This document shows, piece by piece, positions 28,233 through 37,300 of a DNA stretch of 64,000 bases. The first letter of the stretch is position 1. The number at the start of each line of letters is the position of its first letter. The notes under the pieces were generated by a model, which was not told the origin of the DNA, did no database searches, and saw only the letters and a list, made by a program, of their open reading frames with translations. The position numbers and the translations under genes were made by a program. Location of the stretch: positions 124,001-188,000 of IMG/VR virus record IMGVR_UViG_3300009103_000001. One strand, written 5' to 3'.

Positions 28233-29655
28233 ATTTCTTACTAGAGTCGATTTTTTCTTTTAGTTTCTTTACGAAGGTTTGAGCAAATGCTTTCAAAAAT
28301 CTATTACCATCTTTACCAAAATACATTAAACCAGATATATTAGTAATACATTTATGTCCGCCACTATTTGCCTGTAACATATCCCAACCAGTTACAGATA
28401 ATAATTTTAAAGCCTTTTTTTCATTATTACTTAATGAAGTATATGGTTTAGACATTACTGTTTTTAGTGCTTTTTGCCATCTTTCTATTGTATAATCTTT
28501 TGGGGCCTTTTTAGGCATACTATTTAAACCTATTATGCCGTCATCAGTATCTTCAAACATGGCAATCATATCAGTATAATTAAACCCAACAGATTCATCA
28601 TCAAAAGATTTATGTTTTTCAGCAAAATATTTTATAGTATCTACAGTTATTTTTTTACTTTTTAATCTAGATTTATACACATCTAAAACTTCTTGAGCTA
28701 TTTCACCCAAATTGACACCCTTTAATTCTCTATTAGCTTTGAACGGATTACAAGAAGATTGTAATAACCCTAAAGGCCAAGCAATAACTAAAAAATTAGC
28801 ATCAGGATAATTTTTAAAAGGAACATATCTATCGTAAGAACCGGGTTTAAATAGATTACCACCACCATATTGAGCTATAATACCGTAATCTTCTAGGTAA
28901 GTCACTTTATCACTGTCTTTTTGTGATTGGATATAATTAGCAATATTTTTTTTCATAATATCAGGAGAAACATACCCTTCTTCTTTAGCTAATCTAACTA
29001 TGTTTAAATAAATGTTTAATAGAGATGGTGTTGATTCTAAAACTAGTCTTTCTAAGAATCTTGGTTTATTTTTATAGGCTAATAAAAGTTTATTTGTTAC
29101 TAAGGCCATTATTTTTTTATTTTTAGATAATTCTTTTTCTTTATCTAATTCAAAAATATAAGTCATAACATCTTCTGGTTTAATACCCATTTTAACAAAA
29201 TCAGCAGAATCAACTGTTGATATCATTTTAATATCAAAATCTGGAAATATATCTGTTGGTGAAACTATTTGTGAAATAGTTTCTACGTTAGACCTAGATT
29301 GTCTAAAAGATTTTGAAGCTTGTTTTTCAGCACCAACTTGTTTATCGTGATGGTCGGTATGGACTACAAACATTGGTTTACCGTGAGCAAAGTCAACTAA
29401 CACAGGCATTATATCACCCTTAGCCGAGGGTTTTTTTATGGCAAACTCTTTATCACCATATTGTATAACTTCCGCATCAACAACTTTAATACCATTATTT
29501 TCTAAATAATTTTTCATAGCTAAAGCTGTTGTAACACCATCTAAATCTTGGTGAAAGTATATTTTAGCTTTATCATATCTATTAGATAAATTACGCATAT
29601 TACGTAAACCACTTTCACTTAATATACTACTTAACATGTTTTCTTTTAATATCAT
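28231..29655 (-). CDS. DHH/DHHA1-family phosphoesterase
   Basis: HQDLDG (motif I), VDFAH (II), TDHHD (III), C-terminal SGGH. Confidence 0.75.
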   Translation of the reverse strand: MILKENMLSSILSESGLRNMRNLSNRYDKAKIYFHQDLDGVTTALAMKNYLENNGIKVVDAEVIQYGDKEFAIKKPSAKGDIMPVLVDFAHGKPMFVVHTDHHDKQVGAEKQASKSFRQSRSNVETISQIVSPTDIFPDFDIKMISTVDSADFVKMGIKPEDVMTYIFELDKEKELSKNKKIMALVTNKLLLAYKNKPRFLERLVLESTPSLLNIYLNIVRLAKEEGYVSPDIMKKNIANYIQSQKDSDKVTYLEDYGIIAQYGGGNLFKPGSYDRYVPFKNYPDANFLVIAWPLGLLQSSCNPFKANRELKGVNLGEIAQEVLDVYKSRLKSKKITVDTIKYFAEKHKSFDDESVGFNYTDMIAMFEDTDDGIIGLNSMPKKAPKDYTIERWQKALKTVMSKPYTSLSNNEKKALKLLSVTGWDMLQANSGGHKCITNISGLMYFGKDGNRFLKAFAQTFVKKLKEKIDSSKK

Positions 29656-29659
29656 TTAT

Positions 29660-29667
29660 TATAAATA
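29660..29667 (-). promoter_or_regulatory. Candidate phage late promoter TATTTATA
   Basis: Upstream of the DHH gene. Confidence 0.5.
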
Positions 29668-29837
29668 TTTCATTATATAGTAAATAAAAAATTACGTTAA
29701 AAAAATAACTGTATACGTTGGGAAAGTATAGGTAACTTTTATATTATTTTAATACTATATATGTATAAAAAATTAACTATGGAAAATAATATAAATACAC
29801 TAATTGTTGAATTGATAATCGATATAAATAATAAATC

Positions 29838-30257
29838 ATGAGAAAACTAAAATTAATTATATTACTATTATTAATACCATTTTTTAGTATTAAAACACAA
29901 AATGTAACAAAGTATAGAGTTGTTGCCGTAAGTTTTAATAAAAACGTTATTAGTGTCTCAAATACAATATCTGTAGTAAAACCATTGAGATTATACGCTC
30001 CAAATGTTTTTTCACCCGATGGTGATGGGATAAATGACCATTTTGAGGTTAAAGGTGTTGGTATAGAAGAGTTTGATTTAGAAATTTATAATAGATGGGG
30101 ACAATTAGTGTATAAATCTGACACACTTTTAGCTTGGAATGGTGAATATAGAAACAGACCAGTACCAATGGGTACTTATGTTTATCAAGTAAGGGCTAGA
30201 AATTATGATGGTTCTGATATAATAGTTAAAGATGGTACTGTAACATTAGTACGTTAA
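29838..30257 (+). CDS. Signal peptide plus T9SS type-B (gliding-motility-associated, CHU_C-like) C-terminal domain protein
   Basis: Sec signal MRKLKLIILLLLIPFFSIKT-Q; YAPNVFSPDGDGINDHF...IYNRWGQLVY...WNG...GTYVY...GTVTLVR. Confidence 0.85.
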   Translation: MRKLKLIILLLLIPFFSIKTQNVTKYRVVAVSFNKNVISVSNTISVVKPLRLYAPNVFSPDGDGINDHFEVKGVGIEEFDLEIYNRWGQLVYKSDTLLAWNGEYRNRPVPMGTYVYQVRARNYDGSDIIVKDGTVTLVR

Positions 30258-30457
30258 CAATCTTCAGATAATTCAATTAATTTATCTAAATATTCTTTAG
30301 CTTTATATAAATCTTGTTTTCCATTTTTATGTTTCCATCTAGTAACATATTTAACAATATTACCCTCAAAAAAATCAAGATTATGTGAGTAGGCATAATC
30401 CCACATTTCAATACCAACATTATAATGATTTGGGTGTTTTACTTTTTCTTTTGACAT
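30254..30457 (-). CDS. DUF3310-like small phage protein
   Basis: VKHPNHY...GNIVKYVTRWKHKNGKQDLYKA. Confidence 0.75.
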   Translation of the reverse strand: MSKEKVKHPNHYNVGIEMWDYAYSHNLDFFEGNIVKYVTRWKHKNGKQDLYKAKEYLDKLIELSEDC

Positions 30458-30495
30458 ATTTTTAAAAATAACTTTTTTATTATTAATAAATTTAA

Positions 30496-30503
30496 TATAT
30501 TTG
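30496..30503 (+). promoter_or_regulatory. Bacteroidota-type -7 promoter box (TAnnTTTG)
   Basis: TATATTTG 22 nt upstream of the ATG at 30526. Confidence 0.5.
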
Positions 30504-30525
30504 TGAATAATAAATAAAATAAATA

Positions 30526-30879
30526 ATGAAAAAATTATTATGGTTAGACGATGTTAGGGACCCATTTGTGATGTCACAATGGTTATTACAATGGGCGCCA
30601 GAATATTACTACGAAAAGGATGAAGGAACCCATGAAGTTATTTGGGTTAAACATTATGATGGATTTGTAGATTGGATACAAGAAAATGGTTTACCAACTG
30701 AAATTGGATTTGACCATGACCTTGGTAGAACATTAAGTGGTATGGATTGTGCTAAGTGGTTGGTCGACTATTGTATCCACCATAATAAAGAAATACCACA
30801 ATTTTTCGTACAAAGTGCAAACCCTGTTGGTAAACAAAATATAATAACATTACTTAATAACGCTAAAAAACATATATAA
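30526..30879 (+). CDS. Stand-alone receiver-like protein (cyclic-phosphate-processing receiver type)
   Basis: LWLDDVRDP, FDHDLG, SGMDCAKWL, QSANPVG. Confidence 0.7.
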   Translation: MKKLLWLDDVRDPFVMSQWLLQWAPEYYYEKDEGTHEVIWVKHYDGFVDWIQENGLPTEIGFDHDLGRTLSGMDCAKWLVDYCIHHNKEIPQFFVQSANPVGKQNIITLLNNAKKHI

Positions 30880-30884
30880 AAATA

Positions 30885-32705
30885 TTAACCAATAATTTTA
30901 TTAAATAACTCATTTGTTATATCTAATGTTTCATGTTCATCACCCATTACAGTATCGATAATTTTCCTTTTCTTTTCTAAAACACTATAAATCATCTCAT
31001 CTATAGTTCCAACAGCGATTGGGTAATACACATTAACGGTTTTATTAGTACCGATTCTCCAAGCTCTATCTTCTGCTTGAGCATGGTTTGATGGGACAAA
31101 ATCTAAATCATTCATTATAACAATTTCAGCTTTAGTTAATGTTATTGCGGTACCAGCTGAAATTAAATTACCTATAAAAATTTTTATATCGTCATTTTCT
31201 TGGAATTGGTCTATTGACCTTTGTTTTTGTTTATCATTCATTTTACCGTTATGACCAACAGCAATTTTTCCAAAGTGGTCTATTAAAGCGTCAAATGAAT
31301 GTGTAAAAGTGGTAAATATTATAACTTTTTTTCCATTTTCTATAGCTTGTTCAGCTAGTTCAATACTTTGTTTTGTTTTTTCTAAAGCCAAATATTTTCT
31401 TAAAACAACTAATTCAACCATATGCCTACCAGCTCCTAAATTTTTACCCTCACTTTTAGCCCACTCTAAATACTCATTAAAAACATTATTATATTCTTTC
31501 ATATCATCAATTTCCATATAATATGGTGCAACAATTTTTGGGGGTAAGTCTAAATGGTCTTCTTTCTTTCTTCTTAATATTAATGATTTCGTTCTTTCAT
31601 GTAACTCTTCTAGATTAGAAGCCCCATCAGTAATCCAAATATCTTTATAAAAACCATTTTTGGTTTTTTTACGAAACTTTTTAGCGGCACAATACCTAAA
31701 AGCATAATATTTCCAACTATTAGTTATTGGAGATTCACATAAATATAGTAAATTATAAAAATCCATTGGTCTATTGGCTATTGGCGTTCCTGTTAATAAC
31801 CATTTTCTTTCAATAACCTTACTTAATTGATTAATTACTTTAGTTCGTTGTGATTTTGGGTTTTTAGCCATATGACACTCATCTACTATCATTAACTCAA
31901 AACCTTCATTAGCTAAGTGACGATTTATCTCATGGTCCTTATATTTTTTTCTACCATCCACAAGAGTGTGAAAATTTTTTAAAATATCATAATTGATTAT
32001 AGTAAATTTTTTAGGGTTCCAATGTCCGGTTTTAATTATTGAAATATCCTCTTCTGGTACAAAATTAGATATTTCTCTAAACCAATTAATTTTAGCGTTA
32101 GCAGGACAAATAACTAATATTTTATCTACACCACATTCTAATGCGGCTATTATTGACATATAGGTTTTACCTAACCCCATATCATCACCCAAGATACATT
32201 TATTTTTACTTAATAAAAACTTTACACCTTTTTCTTGGTGTTTAAAAGCTTTCCACCCTCTTTTATCTATTTTAGTGTATTTTTCGAAATCAACATTAAC
32301 ATTAACATCTTTTTCATATAAATTTTCAAAAACTTGTGTTTTTGGTACATAAAACATTGGTGAGTATTTTTGGTTTTTAAATACTTTACCTTTAACGTGG
32401 TAACTTTTTTCTGTATCACCTAAAACTACCTCAACTAATATTTTTTCTGGAATATGATTTAAATCAAATTTTTCTTGTAGTTGTTTACCTAAAAACTCAG
32501 TAATACCAACCACTCTGTTTAAATTAAAAGGTTCTTTATTGAAATTATTATTTATATATTCTGATAAACTAGGGGTTATTGGGAATGGCCCCTTTTTTTC
32601 TAATTTTTCTTTTAATGATAAAATATATTCATTATTTCCATTATATTTTTCTAATTTAAATAATGTTTTTCTATTTTTTAATTTATTAATATCTAACATA
32701 ATCAA
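30885..32705 (-). CDS. SWI2/SNF2-family helicase
   Basis: GDDMGLGKT, VDECH, LTGTPIAN, QAEDRAWRIG. Confidence 0.9.
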   Translation of the reverse strand: MIMLDINKLKNRKTLFKLEKYNGNNEYILSLKEKLEKKGPFPITPSLSEYINNNFNKEPFNLNRVVGITEFLGKQLQEKFDLNHIPEKILVEVVLGDTEKSYHVKGKVFKNQKYSPMFYVPKTQVFENLYEKDVNVNVDFEKYTKIDKRGWKAFKHQEKGVKFLLSKNKCILGDDMGLGKTYMSIIAALECGVDKILVICPANAKINWFREISNFVPEEDISIIKTGHWNPKKFTIINYDILKNFHTLVDGRKKYKDHEINRHLANEGFELMIVDECHMAKNPKSQRTKVINQLSKVIERKWLLTGTPIANRPMDFYNLLYLCESPITNSWKYYAFRYCAAKKFRKKTKNGFYKDIWITDGASNLEELHERTKSLILRRKKEDHLDLPPKIVAPYYMEIDDMKEYNNVFNEYLEWAKSEGKNLGAGRHMVELVVLRKYLALEKTKQSIELAEQAIENGKKVIIFTTFTHSFDALIDHFGKIAVGHNGKMNDKQKQRSIDQFQENDDIKIFIGNLISAGTAITLTKAEIVIMNDLDFVPSNHAQAEDRAWRIGTNKTVNVYYPIAVGTIDEMIYSVLEKKRKIIDTVMGDEHETLDITNELFNKIIG

Positions 32706-32756
32706 TTAAATATAAAAACAAATGAAATAAAATAAACTAAATAGGGAATAACTAAA

Positions 32757-32764
32757 TATTTATA
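32757..32764 (+). promoter_or_regulatory. Candidate phage late promoter TATTTATA
   Basis: Upstream of the structural block starting at 32778. Confidence 0.55.
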
Positions 32765-32777
32765 AAAAAAAAGAATT

Positions 32778-33293
32778 ATGCCTAATAAAAAAAAGTGGCC
32801 AATAACTCGTGTAAGTAAATTTTATGATAAAACAGATTTTAGTCTAGAAAATGATATGGCTAGAGAATTTGTTGAGGGTGACCTTAATTTTATTGTGGTT
32901 TTGTTTAAGGTTGATAGAATTAAAAGTCAAACCGATGATACATATGGTGAAGCTGATGCTGAAGAAATACAATTTCACCCACCATTAGAGATTAAAGTTA
33001 GACCAGTATTAAACCCATCTGAACAAAAATCATATTCAGAAGGTTATGGTAGATATGAAGATTATGGTAATTTAGTTTTTACTGTATTTGTAGACCAATT
33101 AAAAGAATTAGATACCGATATAGATTATGGTGATTATATTGGTTATCCAGATTTTGAAGATAATATAAAATATTTTACAGTTGTTAATGATGGTAAAATA
33201 TACTCAGATAATGAACATACAAGATTAGGGTATGAGGGGTATTATAGAACAATAACTTGTGTTACAGCAGATGAAGATGAATTTAATGGTTAA
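32778..33293 (+). CDS. Putative virion neck / head-closure protein
   Basis: First gene of the structural block, with late motif upstream; function inferred from position only. Confidence 0.4.
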   Translation: MPNKKKWPITRVSKFYDKTDFSLENDMAREFVEGDLNFIVVLFKVDRIKSQTDDTYGEADAEEIQFHPPLEIKVRPVLNPSEQKSYSEGYGRYEDYGNLVFTVFVDQLKELDTDIDYGDYIGYPDFEDNIKYFTVVNDGKIYSDNEHTRLGYEGYYRTITCVTADEDEFNG

Positions 33294-33295
33294 TT

Positions 33296-34333
33296 ATGGC
33301 TTTACCTAAAAAAAGAAAAAAAAATATAGATATAAAAGTTGTTGACCCTAACAGTGGTCCAGAAAAATGGGTAAGTCAGTTTTTAGAAAAAAATAAACAA
33401 TTTTTACCTAGGTCAGTAGATTTTGCTGATTTAGATGGTGGGTTTATTGATTTTGTAAATAATGATTTAGGTATAGTATTAAAGGGAAAAAGAGTACCAA
33501 CACACTTTTTAACACTACAGAGATGGAATGAATTCGCTAAAATTTGGCCACACACAGACAAGTATAAAAACATGAAAATACCATTTATTTCTATTGTTAG
33601 AAGACCTAATCCGGAAACAGGTACTAACCCTGCCGACTTTAAAATACCGATAAGAAAAAATTTCCCTTATATGCAAATACCTGTTTGGGACGGTAACCGT
33701 AAGGGGGCGGATATATACGGTATACCAAACCCAGTAGGGGTGGATATGTTCTATACTGTTAGATTTTTTTGTTATAGAATGCGTGAATTAAATAAATTAA
33801 GCCAAAAAGTCTTACAAACATTTGCGTCAGCACAAGCATATATTAACATAAAAGGACATTATTTCCCTATTATGTTAGAATCTATTGGAGATGAAAGTCA
33901 AATAGACGATTTAGAGGGTAAAAGATTTTATGTACAAACATATGAGATGAAGTTAATGGGTTATATTGTAGATGAGGAAGAATTTGAAGTTAAACCAGCT
34001 GTTAGTAGAATTTTTGTCACACAAGAAGTGGATGATAAAAAACCAAAACCAATTGTTAACTTTATGAATGATGAAGATAATGATAAATCATTAAAATGTA
34101 TAATACAATTTTTACCAAATGCTCCAACACAAATTAAATTTAAAGCAGACAATAAAACTAATTTTTCTAGTATTGAGGTAGATAATATAACTACTTATGA
34201 TATATATAAAAATGGTGTGTTAGTAACTGTACCTTTCACTGTAGAAGATACTGACCTTATAACTATTAATATTGTTAAAACAGATTCAACTAAAATTAGT
34301 GAAATAATACTTAGAGGATTAATTATAGTATAA
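33296..34333 (+). CDS. Putative neck / tail-completion protein
   Basis: 345-aa ORF in the structural operon; function inferred from position. Confidence 0.4.
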   Translation: MALPKKRKKNIDIKVVDPNSGPEKWVSQFLEKNKQFLPRSVDFADLDGGFIDFVNNDLGIVLKGKRVPTHFLTLQRWNEFAKIWPHTDKYKNMKIPFISIVRRPNPETGTNPADFKIPIRKNFPYMQIPVWDGNRKGADIYGIPNPVGVDMFYTVRFFCYRMRELNKLSQKVLQTFASAQAYINIKGHYFPIMLESIGDESQIDDLEGKRFYVQTYEMKLMGYIVDEEEFEVKPAVSRIFVTQEVDDKKPKPIVNFMNDEDNDKSLKCIIQFLPNAPTQIKFKADNKTNFSSIEVDNITTYDIYKNGVLVTVPFTVEDTDLITINIVKTDSTKISEIILRGLIIV

Positions 34334-37300
34334 TGAGTGACGGATGTGGACCTGACATAGTAAAATATTTTATTGTAGAACCTGGTGGTAGTGGTTCTGC
34401 AACGTTAACTGGGGTTACTGGTAATTTTAGTGTTTGTTCTGGAACAACATTTTTAAACACCATATCTGGTTGTACAGATAATGTTAATTTTAATAATAAT
34501 ATTTTTTATAATAATGGAGAAGTATTATTTGATTCCACTTTAACCGCCTGTACGGGAATATACACATCAAACATATATGGTTGTTCACCAATAACAGTTC
34601 AGGACGATTTAATATTAAATAGTGGTTTAACTTTTAATACGATAACTAATAATAATATTTTAGATAGGGTATTAGTTGTTAATAGTGGTGGTACTGTGGA
34701 ATATAGAGATGTTAGTTCTATTGCACCAGAAGCGAAACTACAAAACACATATTTTGTTTCCTCATTAAGTGGTGACAATTCTACGGCTTTGGTTGGGGAC
34801 ATAAATAAGCCTTGGAAAACGATAACGGGTGCTAGAGATGCATTATTAACTGATGCGTTAAGTGGGCAAACTTTAATATATGTATACCCAGGTATATATG
34901 ATGAAGAAGAGATACAATATGAAAATGGTAATATGTATCTATCTCCAGGGGTTTTAATAAAACCACCAAGAAGGTTTCATAGTTTAGATATTATTGGGGT
35001 AAACACGGGAACTAAAACTTTTACTGTTAATGGTAATTGGGCAACTTATATTACAGTAGGTTCCCAATTTAAAATGATAGGAAGTACAGGAAATGATGGT
35101 ATTTATACCGTTTTTAGTGTTTCTGATGTTGCGGCTACAACCGAAATAATAACTGTAGAACCTATTCCAGATGCTACGGTTGATGGATATATTACTTCTA
35201 ATAGATATATTATTCCTCTAGGTATTGCCCCAACATATGCACCACTATCTTCATCTGCAACAACATTTAATTTGTTTGGTGAAGGTGAAATTTATATTGA
35301 TAAAACCATTGACGATGATTGGGCCAATGGCTTTATTAGTGCCAATAATGATAGTCAGTTATATTGTGATATAAATAAAGCAACTATAGTTAAGGGGATT
35401 ATTTGTGGCTTGGGAGGTGATAGTAATGTTATATTTAAAGGTAATGTTTTATCTGTAACAGAAGATGGTTATGCAATGTCACCCAGAGGAAGCTCTAATT
35501 CTGTATTTGATTTTCAAAAAATTATAAGTTCTGGAACTACTTGGACGTATCGTATTAATGGTTTTAATGGTACAACCGTTCTTAATGCAGGTACATTACA
35601 AAATTATGGTGGTGGTGGATTATATGATGCTCCAATATCGATATCATATATGAGTGGTGGTAGGGCGACTATAAATTGTCCTGAAATAATTGCTGGTGAT
35701 AGTGCTAAATATGGTGTGGTTACAACATTTAATAGTGGTGGTAGATTTGAAGTTAATGGAAATATAATAGCTGGTACTGGAGTTCAGGGCGTTAGTATTA
35801 GTAGAGATACTGGTTGTGAAACAATAATAAATGGTAACATTACGACATATGATTCATATGCGTATATTAACGATAATATTTTAGGTGGTAGTAGTTCTAA
35901 TTCTAAAACTTATATTAATGGTGATATAATTGTAACAAATGGTACAGCAAATGCGATACGACACAATTCCCAAACACTTAGATTAAATGGTGAAATACTA
36001 AATGTTGACCCCTCTGGTACAGGAACAACTTATAACGGTATTAATATTGCTAATTCTGGAAATCTTATAATAGATAATCTTAAAATAAAAACAGATAATG
36101 AATCAATTACCGCAAGTGCTCCTAGAACAGTAAATATAGAAAATGCTTTATATATTGATAAACCATTACATTCCAACATAACAACAACTGGTTTATATAA
36201 TTTTACAGGGACTACAAATGTGGGTGATTTAGTAATATATAATACTCCGACAAATGACAATTCTTTAACTCAGATATTAGGTAGAAATTCTACAACTGGT
36301 GCTATAGAATATGTAGATGTTAATTCTATTATAACTGGAGCAACTTCACAAGATACATTTGTTACAGGATTCACATTTAATAATTCAACTTACGATTTAA
36401 CAATTAAACAAAATGAAGGACAACCTGATTTAGTCTCTAACTTAGCTGTTTTAGCTTCAGACGTATATGTTCTTAGTGGTGTATATAACCCTTCAACAGG
36501 TATTGTAACTTATACAAATTCAACAGGTGGTACATTCCAAGTTAGTGGCTTTACAACAGGTATGACCGATTCTTATACGACTGACGCGTACATAAGTGGT
36601 ACAGAGATACGATTTGATAATAATATTCAGGGGATTAATTTTTATAGTGTAGATTTATTACCATTATTAAGTGGTAAAACCGATAATACAACATTCAATA
36701 GTTATACCGCGATTACCCAAATGCAACTTGATACTAAAGTAGATTCTGCTAATAATGTTGGTGGTGCGAATGAATTTTTTAAAGATAAAAGTGGCACAAC
36801 ATTAAACTTTAGAACCCTTTCAGGTGGTTCAAATACAACAGTTTCTACAGTAGGTGATGTGGTTAAGGTGGACGTTACTATTCCAGCTGATACAAACACA
36901 TTTGTCACAGGATTCACTTATAACGACTCTAATACATTCACTATATCTAGAAATGATGGCGTAGATTTATCGGCCTCTATTAACACAATGACAGGTTTAA
37001 CTGTTAATGGTTCTGTATCAGCAACAACTTATTTTGGTGATGGGTCTAACTTAACAGGCATCTCTACCGATGATAACTTTGTTACAGGTGGTACTTTTAG
37101 TACTGGAACACTTACTTTAGAAAGACAAAACGGTATTGTAACTGTTACAGGGTTTACTAATGATATTGATACATTTAGTACTGGTGGTACTGTAACACAA
37201 GCCGCGACAAGTGGTAGTAGTGAGGTAATAGTACAGATAACTGGAAACGATGGTTTTACACCATATAATATAACAGGATTAACAGATACTTTTGTTAGTG

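Noticed and set aside
29761-29841. Short upstream ORF (MYKKLTMENNINTLIVELIIDINNKS) overlapping the T9SS-CTD start
   Set aside because: Too short and AT-rich, with no motif; cannot be supported without conservation or translation data
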